Shown in pieces: positions 1 to 10,599 of a stretch of DNA of 20,065 bases. Numbering within the stretch: the stretch's first letter is position 1; each line of letters begins with the position of its first letter. Source of the DNA: Chiloscyllium plagiosum (Eukaryota); NCBI RefSeq assembly GCF_004010195.1, contig NC_057755.1:1019023-1039087 (forward strand), written 5' to 3'. Under the pieces are notes generated by a model. The model did no database searches and was not told the DNA's origin. It saw nothing but the letters and a program-made list of their open reading frames with translations. The position numbers were made by a program, and so were the translations under genes.

Positions 1-917
1 AATGTCATATTTTGCTATTTGAATTTTGCATTTTTTGCTGATTCAATGTCCAAGTAAAATTAGAATGTTTACAAAACATGACAAGGAATTGTTGGTTTTC
101 CAAACTGAGGTATAAGAGGCTCATTGAATGAAGAGGTTCTCAGTGTATCATCACAGATAGTCCTCAGATAATGGGTTGTTACTTTACTGATGAAAGAACA
201 TTTTCTCAGCTCAGTTCGCATTCTCCTTTGAATAATTACATCTGCTCAAATGCAACAACTCATATTTTTGGTAATATAGTGAGCAGTTGATTGTGGGTAA
301 TCCGAGATGGAGGACCGGAAGTAATTGTGTCTGTAACACGTTCTCCTTTGCTGAGCTAATTTAGGTAACAGGGCTCGTGTCGTTGAATTCCGGGAAGAGT
401 CATTTATTTTTGCAAGCTGTTGCATTATTGTGGATCGTTGGGGGGAAAACATTGGATCAACATCTCTTTCGAAAGGAGGAAGTGACACAAAGGTGGAGAC
501 AACATGGTCAGAGAGGGAGAGAGAAGGGAACATATACTGTAGTCTGACACACCAGTGAATCTGCACAGCTACTGTACTTGCTGTTTGAGTTCACGTATTT
601 CTGGGCATCAGAGTGCACCTGAACAAAATGAACAAACAACAAACATCACAGCTGACCTTGGAGAAACCTGTGTGGGAGAGTTCACAGCACGGGAGCAGAT
701 AAGAGCACCGTTTTTATGTCTAATTTTACTGATTTCTTTTTTTGTAAATCGATCGTAGTAAATGGGATGGGCTTTCTTTGGTTGTATGTTTATTTATATA
801 AGGCTCTTGATTAAAGTTGAAAATATTTAAATTGGCACTAAGTTACCATGGAGAAGTGTGTTTAAAAGCAGTAGTACTCTGTCATTTCCTGAGTCCAGAA
901 ATTGATAAGGTTCAAAG

Positions 918-1729
918 ATCACCCTTCGTAGAGTGATGAGCTCTTCCTGACAGATGTCGGAGATTCGGGAGAGTTTCCAAGTGACTGATGATTAAGTATG
1001 TTTGCCTTCGAATCCTATCAAATCACATTGATTAGAGCAGAGGGGTAGAGACAATGGGGAACGTAAAGGAGCTGGAGTGTGTAATGAATAGCAGGTACAG
1101 AAAGCGAGAAAAGTCGAGATACCGTTAGGCTGCATCCAGGAAAGGTAGGGGAGGAGGCGGGTAGTGCAGGAGTCTGCTGTAGATAGCACTGTCTAAAATA
1201 AATATTTTTTTTTTGAAAATGTAGGGGAAGATAGACTCTCAAGGGAATGTAGTACAAAAACAGCCAAGTTTCTGGTACGAGTCAGACTCCAATGTAACGA
1301 GGGGTATGTCAGGTTCTAAATAACCAGTTGTGTTCGTTAACTGTCTAGTCAGATGCACAGACAGATATTTCTGCAACCAACAGCGAGAAATCAGAATGGA
1401 GTGTCTCTTCGTGGTGCAGGGGGCAAGGATATCTCAGAGAGAACGTAGAAAATTCTGAGGTGGGAGTGGGACCAGCCGTAAGTCATTGAATAAATTGGAA
1501 CTAACGTTACTGGAAGGGAAAAGGATGAGATTCTGAAGGGAGAACACAGAAGGTTCAGTAATTCAAAGGGATGTCTTCTGGGGTAGTAATGCAGTACATG
1601 GAATATTGGAATCTCTTCTGGGGAAGAATTGGCCTGTATGAGATGGACTGAATGCACCTGAATTGGAAAGGGACTAATTTACTGTGAGGAAGATTAACCA
1701 AAACTGCTCAGGATCATTCCAGCCAGTGA
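918..1729 (+). pseudogene. CR1 ORF1 remnant (zinc finger/leucine zipper + SGNH/GDSL-type esterase)
   Basis: Manual translation gives IGTNVTGREKDEILKGEHRR (esterase block III, ~1494-1555) and YWNLFWGRIGLYEMD*MHLNWKGTNLL (block V DxxH, ~1604-1685). Many stops and indels. Aligns with 17836-18442. Confidence 0.8.
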
Positions 1730-1899
1730 GTTCGGAATGAGGGGCATGGACTTGGATGGGAGAAGGGAGGTTTAGTGGTGGCGGGGATCCAGGGAGATAG
1801 TGAGGAAAGAGATCAGTCTGAGACTGTTACCATTTGGAAAAGGAGAAAGTCAAACACTCAGGGCAGGCAGGAACAAAACAGAGGATGAGGTATTACAGA

Positions 1900-2860
1900 T
1901 ACATTAAATTGTATTTACTTCCATATAATATGCGGAACAGGGAAGTCTGATGAACTGAGGGCGTGGTTCTGAGCATGGGACTGCGATGTCACAGCAATTA
2001 CACAGATGTGTTTCAGGCATTGAGAGGACTGGAACCTTAAATTTGCAGGAAGGAAAGAAGGTTGACAAGAGAATTGGGGGAGCTATGTTTTTAGTAAGCG
2101 ATAACATAATGGCTGTACTTGGGGAGAGTATTCCTTGGAATACAGTCAGGCAGTTTATTTTGGTGGAACTGAGAATGAAGAGAGGGATGATCACTTTTAG
2201 GCATTGTATCTGGACCCCCCAGTAGTCAGTGGGAAGTTCCCCAATGATGAAAGACGAATGTCTGCTGAAACCAATCTTCTTCTCCAAGCTTTATAAAGGC
2301 AAACGTAAAAGATGCGAACAACAGAAGAGGTTAAAAGACGTTTTAAAAGCCAACGTGAAGAAATGTAACATCGACATTAACAACTGGGAAACCAGTGTCA
2401 AGGTCAGGATACTCTGACAAACCATCATCCAAGAAGGAACAGCAATCGTTGAAGCAACAAATGTACAGAATTAGAAGAAACGAGGAGAAAACGGAACGCG
2501 TGGCAGCAACAACCAAAGCCCGACCCGCCATCTGGAACTCCTTGTTCTGAATGCGGAAGAACATTAAAAAGCGAGATTGTTCTCATACGCCAAGTGAGTG
2601 CCCATAAATAGATCAACGGAACAAAGACCATCATCCTCGACCTCGAGGCATAACCACGACGACGACAGGTCAGTGTGAAATTGAGAAACAAATTTGTCAG
2701 GTGTTCTGAGTTATTTGTAAGAATAATAGTTTTGTAATGGCAGAGGATTGCCACAGAGATAAGTTTTGAATGGAGAGGAATTTTAACGTCCGTGTATGAA
2801 AATTTTCTCATTCAATATGTGGATATACCGACGAGAAAAGTTGCCAAACTTGACCTCCTC
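1900..2860 (+). pseudogene. CR1 ORF2 APE endonuclease remnant, split by an RTE insertion
   Basis: LNCIYF..GKSDELRAWF*AWDCDVTAIT; GGAMFLVSDNIMAVL; ILVELRMKRGMIT. After the insertion: EIEKQICQ and YENFLIQYVDIPTRKVAKLDLL (ORF track 1986.., 2792..). Confidence 0.85.
2236..2666 (+). mobile_element. 5'-truncated RTE-clade LINE 3' end (BovB/AviRTE-like architecture)
   Basis: Translates MKDECLLKPIFFSKLYKGKRKRCEQQKRLKDVLKANVKKCNIDINNWE (RTE post-RT motif) and then PCSECGRTLKSEIVLIRQVSAHK* (decayed C2H2 finger). Short 3' UTR with hairpin CCTCGA-cc-TCGAGG (2635-2648) and an (ACG)n tail (2656-2666). Flanked by TSD GTCAGTGGGAA (2225-2235) / GTCAGTGTGAA (2669-2679). Confidence 0.85.
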
Positions 2861-4520
2861 GAGTCATGGAGTCATAGAAGTGTACAGCACGGAAACAGAC
2901 CCTTCGGTCCAACTTGTCCATGTCGACCAGATATGCCAATCCAATCTAGTCCCCCTTACCAGGGCTCGGCCCATAACTGTCCTAATCCTTTCTATTCACA
3001 TACCAATCCAGATGTCTTTTAATTGTTGCAATTGTACTCGCCCCCAACATTTCCTCTGGCAGTTCTTTCCATGTACGGACCACCCTCTGCATGAAAAAGT
3101 TGCCCCTTTGGTCTCTTTTCTATCTTTCGCCTCTCACCCTAAAACTATACCCTCTACTGCTGGATTCCTCCATTTCAGGGAAATGACTTTGTCTATTTAT
3201 CCCATGAATGCCCCTCATAACGGCATCCCTCAGCCACCGACGCTCCAGATAAAAACAGTCCGAGCCTATTCAATCTCTCCCTGTAGCTCAGAACCTACAA
3301 ACCTTGGCAACGTTCTCGTAAATCTTTTCTAAACCCTTTCAAGTTTAACAACATCTTTACGAAAGAAAGGAGAGCAGAATTGCACACAATATTCCAGTAG
3401 TGGCCCCACCAATATCCTGCAGAGCCGCAAAATGCCCTCCCAACTCTTCTACTCAATACTTTGACCAATAAAAGGAAAATTACTAAAGGCCTGCTTCATT
3501 ATCCTATTTACCTGCCACTCCAAATTCAAGGAGATATGAACCTGCACTCCAAGGTCTTTTTGTTCATCAACACTCCCTTGGACCTTACCATTAAGTGTAT
3601 AAGTCCTGCCCAAGATTTTTTTTTCCTAAAATGCAGCACCTCACATTTATCTAAATTAAATTCTATCTGCCTCATCTCATTGGCCCATCTGATCAGCATC
3701 CCATTATAATCTGAGGTGACCTTCTTCGCTATCCACTACATCTCCAATTTTGGTGTCATCTGGCAATTTACGAACTGTACCTTGTATGCTCTCATCCAAA
3801 TCATTTGTATAAATGATGAAAAGTAGTGGACCCAGTAATGATCTTTGTGGCACTCCACTGGTCACGGGCTCCAGTCAGAAATCAACCATCCATCACCAAC
3901 CTCTGTCTTCTACCTTTGAGCCAGTTCTGTATGCAAATGTCTAGTTCACCCTATATTACATGAGGCTAATCTTGTTAACCAGTCTACCATGGGGAACATT
4001 GTTGAACGCCTTACTGAAGTCCACATAGATCACGTCCACATCTCTACTCTCATCAATACTCTTCGTTAGTTCTTCAAAAAACACAATCACATTTGTGAGA
4101 AATGATTTCCCACACACAAAGCTATATTGACTCTCCCTGATCAGTTCTTCTCTTTCCAAATACATGTACATCCTGTCCATCAGGTCTATTGTTCCCTTAC
4201 TTGTCCTTACCACCTTTCTTAAACAGTAGCTCCAAGTTAGACAATCTCCAGACTTCCAGGACCTCACTTGTGACTAGATATGATACAGATAACGCAACAA
4301 GAGGCCCAGAAATCACTTCCCGAGCTTCCCATAATTCGAGTGTACACCTGATCGTTTTAATGCGTTTCAAGACATTCAACAATTCCTCCTGTGTACTATG
4401 GACATTTTTAAGATGTCACCATCTATTTTCCTACATTCTATATCTTCCATGTCATTTTCCACTGAACATACTGGTGCAGAATTCTCGTTTAGTATCGCCC
4501 ACTTCTCCTGCAGTTCCACA
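2861..4520 (-). mobile_element. 5'-truncated CR1 LINE, antisense, nested in the host CR1
   Basis: Begins with the reverse complement of the CR1 tail (GAGTCATGGAGTCATAG). Minus-strand ORFs give RT motifs IRESQYSFVCGKSFLTNVIVFFEELTKSIDESRDVDVIYVDFSKAFNNVPHGRLV (3956-4267) and LWEAREVISGPL..WRLSNLELLFKKGGKDK (4197-4382). Confidence 0.9.
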
Positions 4521-4529
4521 GAAACACCG

Positions 4530-5538
4530 TACAAAGAAATTGAGGGTTTGGTTAAGAAAACGAAGGAAGCATATGTCAGGTAGATACAGGATAGATCGAG
4601 TAAATCCTTAGAAAGTAAAAAGGCAGTAGGAGTATGCTAAAGAGAGAAATCAGGAGGGCAAAGGGGGGTTCTGAGAAAACTTTGGCAAGTAGGATTATGG
4701 AGAATTCAAAGTGATTACATAAACACATTAATTAGACAATAGCGTGATGAAGGAGAGAATTGGACCTCTCAAAGATCAGCAATGCAGCCAAACTGTGGAA
4801 CGCCATGAGATGGGTGTCATTGTTTACTGTGGAGAACGATATAGAAGATATTGTATGTGGGGAATGATGGTGACAGATTGAAGAATATCCATAATACAGA
4901 GGAGGAGGTGTCGGATGTCTTAAACTATATAAAGGTCGATAAATCCCCAAGGATGATCAGGTGTGTCCTCGAACCCCATGGGAAGTGAAAGAAGTGATTA
5001 GTGGGACCCTTCCTGAGATATTTGTATTATTGATAGTCACAGGTGAGAGGCTGGAATACTGGAGTTCTCTGACGTGGCGCCGGTATTAAAGGAAGGTGGT
5101 AAGGTAAATCCAGGGAACTATAAACTAGTTAATTTTACATCTATTGTGAGTAAGTTGTTGGAGGGTGTCCTGAGGAATAGGACTTGCATGAATTTGGAAA
5201 GGCACCGACTGTTTAGGGATATTCAGCGAGGCGTTGTTCGTGGTACATCATGTTTCACGAACTTGACTGAGTTTTTTGAAAATGTAACAAAGAGGATTGA
5301 TGAGGCCGGAATGGTCGACATGATCTATATGTGTTTCAGTGAGGCGATCAACAGGGTTATGCATGGTAGACTGCTTAGCAAGGTTCGACCTCGTTGAATC
5401 CAGGGAGAACTAGCCACTTAGATACAGAAGTGGTTTGAAGGTCGAAGACAGAATTTGGTGGTGGAGGATTGCTTTTCAGCTTGGATGCTTGTGGTCAGTG
5501 GTGTGCCACAAGGATCGGTGCTGTGTCCACTCTTTTTC
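4530..5538 (+). pseudogene. CR1 ORF2 tether and reverse transcriptase remnant (host element)
   Basis: KEIEGLVKKTKEAYVR; ORF 5074-5397 PVLKEGGKVNPGNYKLVNFTSIVSKLLE...CFTNLTEFFENVTKRIDE...; then VSGVPQGSVLCPLF at ~5493-5538. Confidence 0.9.
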
Positions 5539-6571
5539 TTTGTTTTTAATCATTTATAGGATTTAGGCGTTGCTGGCTAGCCAGCATTGATAGCTCATCC
5601 CTATTTGCCCTTGAGAAGGTGGTGCTGAGCTGCCTTCTTGAATCGATACAATGTAATTCCTGTGTGTTTACACATAATGCCAGGAGGGAGGAAATTCAAG
5701 GATTTTCACCCAAAAACTGTGAAGGTACGGTGGCATATTTCCAAATGAGGGTGGAGAGTGGGTTGGAGGGATACTAGCAGGTGGTGGTGTTCCCAAGTAC
5801 CTACTACCCTTGTCCTTCTAGATAGAAGTGGTCGTGTGTTTGGATTGTGCTGCCTAAAAACCGTTGGTGAATTTCTGCAGTGCATTTTGTAGAGTGGACA
5901 CACTGCTGCTATTGAGCGATGGTGGTGGAGGGATTCAATGCTTGTGAATATGGTGTCAATCAAGCTGGTTGCTTGGTCCTGGATGATGTCAAGCCTCTTG
6001 AGTGTTATTGGAGCCACCCCTATTCAGGCAAATAGGGATCTTCCATTACACTCCTGACTTGTGCCTTGTCGAGGGTGGCAAGAATTTTGTGTCACGAAGT
6101 GACTTACTCACCACAGTATCACTAGTCTCTGACCTGCTTATGTTGACACTGTGTTCATGTGGTGAGTCCAGTTGAGTTTCTGATCACTGAACCCCAATAG
6201 TGTTGACAGTGGGGGTTCAGTGATGGCAATACCGTTGAATGTCAAGGGTCGGTGGTTAGAATGTCTCTTACTGGAGACGGTCGTTGTATTGCATTTGTGT
6301 GGCGGTAATGTTACTTGCCACTTGTCGGTCCAAATCTGGATATTGTATAGATCTTGTTGCATTTGAGCTGGGAGAGCTTCAGTATCTCAGGATTCGCTAA
6401 TGGTTCTGAGCATGGTGCAATCATCAGCCAACGCCCCCTCTTCTGACCTTATATCACAGAGAAAGTCGTTGATGAATCTGCTGAAAATTGTTGGGCCGAC
6501 GACACTACCTTGAGGGACTCCTGCAGAGATCTCCTGGAGCTGAGATGACTGTCCCTCCACAAACACAATCA
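5539..6571 (-). mobile_element. 5'-truncated LINE of a distinct CR1/L2-group family, antisense
   Basis: Minus-strand RT motifs SAGVPQGSVVGPTIFSRFINDF..ALADDCTML (6387-6572), QQDLYNIQIWTDKWQVTL..HKC (6138-6362) and LKRLDIIQDQA..SLHHHRSIAAVCPLYKMHC (5706-6017). Its 3' end (T-rich on +) is at ~5539-5580. The host CR1 frame (PLF / IYINDL..ADD-like) resumes at ~6572. Possible short TSD TTTTTC at 5533-5538 / 6572-6577. Confidence 0.87.
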
Positions 6572-7493
6572 TTTTTCATCATTCATATAACGACATGGAT
6601 GTGAACTCAGGATGTACAGTTAGCGTGCAGATGACAGCAAAATTGTAATTGCAGTGGACAGGGAAGAAGGACACCTCAATGTACAATTGTATTTTGATCA
6701 GGTGGGTAAATGGGCTGATGAGTGACAGATAGAGTTTAAATTATTTAAATGTGAGGCGCTGCAAGTTGGAAAGGCAAATCAGGGCAGAATGTACACATTT
6801 AATGATAATGCCCTGGAGAATGTTGCTGGCCAAAGAGAACTTGGAGTGCAGGTTCATTGTTCCTTGAAAGTGGTGTTTCAATGGATAGGACAGTGAAGAA
6901 GGTGTTTGGTATGCTTCCCTGTATTGGTAACAGCAGGATATTGTTTTCGCCATTTTTGGAATAACGTGTACATTTCTGTTCTCCCTCCAAAAGGGAGGAC
7001 GTTGTGAGACTTGAAAGAAGTTCAAAAAAGACTTACAATGATGTTGCCAGTGTTGGAAGGTTTGAGATACAGGGAGAGGCTGAAAAGGCAAAAGATAGTT
7101 TCCCCATAGATTCGAGGACCGAGAGGTGACTTTATGGAAGTTTATAAACTCATGAGGGGCATGGACAGTGATAATAGATAAAGTCTGTTTCCTAGGGTGA
7201 CGGAGTCCAGAACTAGAGGACATAGAGTTAGGGTCAGAGGGGAAAAGTTTAAAAGGACCGAAGGCCAACTTTTTCACGCAGAGCGTGGTACATATATGCA
7301 ATGCACTGCCAGAGTGAGTAATGGAGGCCAGTGCAATTACAATACATAAAAGGTAGCTGAATGTTCAATTGCATGGAAACTGTTGATGGGGAAATGAGGG
7401 CAAATTTGACTAGACTAATTTAGGGTATCTGATCAGCATGGATTATACGGGCAAAAGGATCTATTCCCATACTGTATATCTCTATGACTCCAT
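6572..7493 (+). mobile_element. 3' part of the host CR1 (RT C-terminus, 3' UTR, tail)
   Basis: Decayed IYINDL / ADDSKI motifs at ~6580-6645. The typical CR1 C-terminal sequence AGAACTAGAGGACATAGAGTTAGGGTCAGAGGGGAAAAGTTTAAAAGG is at ~7209-7256, and the tail TCTATGACTC is at 7481-7490. Confidence 0.88.
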
Positions 7494-7611
7494 ATCTGCA
7501 CGGTAGTCAAAGAGAAGTACAACAAATGTCCTAGATGAATATCAGCACTTTAAATATCAATCTTTTTTTTAGAAATGAATACCGGTCTTTATCTTGCAAT
7601 GACACAGTCTT

Positions 7612-7750
7612 ATGCAGAAAGAAACCTGAGGTGATGTTTTGAGTTCTGATGAACAGTGATTCCATTAACTCTGTTTCTCTCCCCACAAATGCTGTCATAC
7701 GTGCTGTATTTTGCCAGTTACATATCATTCTGTTTCACGGTTTTAGCATT
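7612..7750. mobile_element. Highly decayed Penelope-derived fold-back element
   Basis: The left arm GCAGAAAGAAACCTGAGGTGAT is roughly complementary to the right arm ATTAACTCTGTTTCTCTCCCCAC, around a central CTGATGA (7646-7652). Same layout as 15405-15612. Confidence 0.45.
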
Positions 7751-8308
7751 CAAATCCCTTTCATTTATTTCAAAAAAATGTTTCACTTCCCAACCTGCCT
7801 CCCAGAAAGAATTCTTAGAATCAGAGAATCGGACTGGACAGAAGAGATCCTCCATTCTATCCAGTTTGTGCTGTCAAAGCGACACGAAATTTACACGCGT
7901 CCCAGCGTCCAGCACTAAACTCATTTTGAGTAAAATGACGCTTCAAGTGTTCACCCAGGTGTTTTTTTTAAAAAAAACCTTGTGAGGTTTCCTGATTCCA
8001 CGATTCTCCCAGTCACTGAATTACCAGACTTCCATCACTCTCTGAGTGAAAGCCTCTTCCTCAAATCCCCACCAGTCCTCTTTCTTTTCATCTTAATAGA
8101 TATGCCCTACCCATTCCCATCATCTGTCGAATTCCTGCCCACACTTAGACAAACGGAGGATTGAGCAGCTTCGAAATGGGTCAGGCCATTGGAACTGTCC
8201 TCTTCAAACCTAACATCTGAGCACTCCCAGCTGACCCAATTAGGTGCTAAGATCCTGCATTGCTGTCTGATCGAAACGGACAATGTTTGATCAGTAATTT
8301 CCAATTTC

Positions 8309-8332
8309 CATTTTGCCTTCTGTCTCTTTCAG
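8309..8332 (+). promoter_or_regulatory. 3' splice acceptor (polypyrimidine tract + CAG) of the GPCR coding exon
   Basis: CATTTTGCCTTCTGTCTCTTTCAG lies immediately before TT AAT GTC..., i.e. (V)N of TM1. Phase 1, matching the phase of the donor at 14036. Confidence 0.75.
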
Positions 8333-9224
8333 TTAATGTCCTGGTGATGTTGATGCTCCACGTGGAAAGTGTCGTCTTTTTAACTGCACAACGCGCTGCC
8401 TGGTGGCTATGGCAACGTTGGTCTACTTGTTCATTTTCAGGACGATCATATTATGGCAACTCAAATTCTTTTACTTCCCACGGTGTTTCCTGGATCTTAC
8501 CCATGTGTGTAGTGCTGTCTTTCTCCTGGTCATGGCAAAAACAGACTGTTCCATCTGATTCACTGTCCTTTTTTTTTTATCGTTTTGTGGCCATTTTCTG
8601 CCTGAAAATGAAGAGAAAATATTGGACAGAGAAATCCTTGGCTGTGGCTCTCACGATAACTGGCATTTTGCTCTGTTAAAAAAAATACTTGTTTCTATTT
8701 TTGGTTTAAACCAGTGAAGACAATTGACGATGTTCCGTGGTTGTGCCAAACAAAGTCAAGTTATTTTACTGTTCTCGGATGGCTGGGATTTACGTGCTTT
8801 GATATTGTCCCATTCATGTTAATTCTGTTGATGAATATTCTGAAGGACAGGTACGTTTTAGTGGAGAGTCTAGTCCTCAAGGGCCTGAGGGGTCATTGGA
8901 AGGGAGAGAGTCGCAAAGATACGGAGATGGAGTGCTGGAGGAAGTCAGTGATTTACCTCCTCAACATAACCATCAGCTTCATATTTCTGTGGTTAGCATA
9001 CGGGTGAAATTATCTTGTACTTTGGCATTAAAGGAATGAATACTGCGAACTATAAATATCTAGTCGATTTTAAGTCTGTCGGAGAAATGCTGAAGGATTT
9101 CAGCTGCAGCACAAGCACATCATTTTATGCACTGAGCCTGTTCAAGTGGAGAACGAAGTTCAGGAATGCGGTTCACCAACTGATCACGTAAACTCTTCAC
9201 TTAATGATTCAGCAAAACAACTGA
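8333..9224 (+). pseudogene. Class A (rhodopsin-family) GPCR pseudogene, main (second) exon; shark-expanded 'GPR139-like' orphan receptor family
   Basis: Frame-corrected translation: (V)NVLVMLML/RGKCRLFNCTTRCLVAMATLVYLFIFRTIILWQLKFFYFPRCFLDLTHVCSAVFLLVMAKTDCSI*FTVLFF/YRFVAIFCLKMKRKYWTEKSLAVALTITGILLC/NTCFYFWFKPVKTIDDVPWLCQTKSSYFTVLGWLGFTCFDIVPFMLILLMNILKDRYVLVESLVLKGLRGHWKGESRKDTEMECWRKSVIYLLNITISFIFLWLAYG*/LYFGIKGMNTANYKYLVDFKSVGEMLKDFSCSTSTSFYALSLFKWRTKFRNAV. It has a 7TM hydrophobic pattern with YRFVAI at the DRY position. Lesions: frameshift ~8358, TGA 8556-8558, poly-T slip 8569-8578, poly-A slip/TAA 8677-8679, TGA 9005-9007, TAA 9189-9191. The family name comes from recalled motifs, not a search. 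Confidence 0.88.
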
Positions 9225-9449
9225 CAGAGCTCAAGAGGCAGCCGCAGTGTTCCTCGTGCAGGAATTACATTTGTACAGCCAGGAATCCGTCAGCACAATC
9301 ATATGTATCTGAGTATAACACCCAGCGGTGGATGGGAAGGAAGGGTAACACCTAGGGTCACCATTCACCACGCTCAGGAACAAATCAGATTGTCAGGAAT
9401 CAGACAATCTGATTGACTGACAGATTGTCACATACGGGGACACACAGCC

Positions 9450-9645
9450 AATGAGCAGCAGGAAGCCATTCAGCCCTTCGGGTCTGGTTCTCCTAACATA
9501 GCAGAAGATCGTGGCTCATCCAATTGTAACGTCAAACCTGTATTTCAATGTGCCTTTGAGGATCATTCACGTCCACCCCACAAAGCCACCAGCGAAAACC
9601 TGAAAAATAATTTAACCACCCTCGCCTTCAACAATACTGAAGGAC
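9450..9645 (-). mobile_element. Old CR1-type 3'-end fragment, antisense
   Basis: GAGCAGCAGGAAGCCATTCAGCCCTTCG...AAGATCGTGGCTCATC resembles the reverse complement of a CR1 3' terminal stem-loop region. Heavily diverged. Confidence 0.5.
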
Positions 9646-10034
9646 GTAATAAAAGGGACAGCAGGGACTGCCAGGGGCAGGGCAGGATGGAAATGTGCTG
9701 CAGGCGTGATTTGAAATATCGGACTGGCTGTGAGTGATGGGTTCAGCTGGAACATTAGGTCTTCATGGACTGCCATGTGGATAAGTGTTAAAGACAGGAA
9801 ATTGGGTTATCTGCATTACCTGTGCAAGGGAGGAGGGGAAGGGCAGAATCTATACCTCCTGCACCATGATGATTGTCAGACTCTCTCTGTTCAGCTCAGA
9901 ATAAACACTTCATTCCAGCAAGAGAAAGATTGTGATCAGCTCATCTGTATGTGTATTATTTTATTCAGTTTTCTTTATTTTTCAGAGAGTTTCTTGAGCC
10001 CAGCTCCTGTATCCTCCCATCACAAGGATATTGC

Positions 10035-10325
10035 CATCTCTCTATTTCTCTGCCTCTTTCTGTCTGTCTTGTCTCTTTCCCTCCCTTCCTCTCTTTCTCT
10101 GTCTCTGTATCTCTCTCCCTATCTCTGAATTTCTTGCTGTCAGTCTCTCTTTTCATGTGCCTCTCTTTCTGTGTGTGTGTGTAAGCCCCTCTCTCAATCG
10201 CTTGGTGTGTCTGTCTGGATTTCTCTCGCTCTCCTCTGCCTCTGTCCCTTTATCTCGCTCTCTGTCTATCTCTGTCTCTCTCTATGTCTCTCTGTCTGTC
10301 TTTCTCTCTGTCTCTTTTTTCTCTC
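10035..10325. repeat. Degenerate (CT)n/(CTGT)n low-complexity tract with a short (GT)n
   Basis: Directly visible pyrimidine-rich simple repeat; it produces the Leu/Ser-rich spurious ORFs in the track. Confidence 0.9.
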
Positions 10326-10599
10326 GTCGACTATTTCGAACATTTGTTATCTGAGTTCCGTAATTGTTCACGTGCATTGGCTCAAATCCATTCCTGATCT
10401 CTTCATTCATTGATTTTACCCCAAAACACAAAATCTCTCTGCAAACTGTCTGCTTCCCTCTCCCAACTTGACTTCCCATCTATTTTTGTCCGATCTGTAA
10501 ATCTGGCAACAGTACGTTCACTTCCTTAATCAGTCATTCAAATGCACATTATTGCACGTTTCATAACGTACGTATAATATACACGACTCATTCTTGTAT

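Larger units (their letters stand above)
668..7493 (+). mobile_element. Near full-length, decayed CR1-clade LINE (5' UTR, ORF1, ORF2, 3' tail) interrupted by three nested insertions
   Basis: Collinear remnants on +: ORF1 (~918-1729), APE endonuclease (~1900-2235, 2669-2860), tether/RT (4530-5538), RT C-terminus and 3' end (6572-7493) ending in TCTATGACTC at 7481-7490. The 5' boundary is uncertain and may extend upstream of 668. Confidence 0.88.

Noticed and set aside
8015..8085. Short antisense CR1 3'-region-like fragment
   Set aside because: About 70 bp and very diverged; too weak to list as a feature.
8260..9007. ORFs 8260-8679 and 8714-9007 as two small membrane-protein genes
   Set aside because: They are frame fragments of one disrupted GPCR exon. 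The middle of 8260-8679 is out of frame and the starts are non-ATG.
9900..9905. AATAAA as the GPCR polyadenylation signal
   Set aside because: The position is plausible (~680 bp after the stop), but the hexamer is common in AT-rich DNA and there is no transcript evidence.
9730..10479. Cluster of overlapping Leu/Ser- or Arg/Glu-rich ORFs
   Set aside because: Artefacts of the CT-rich simple repeat.
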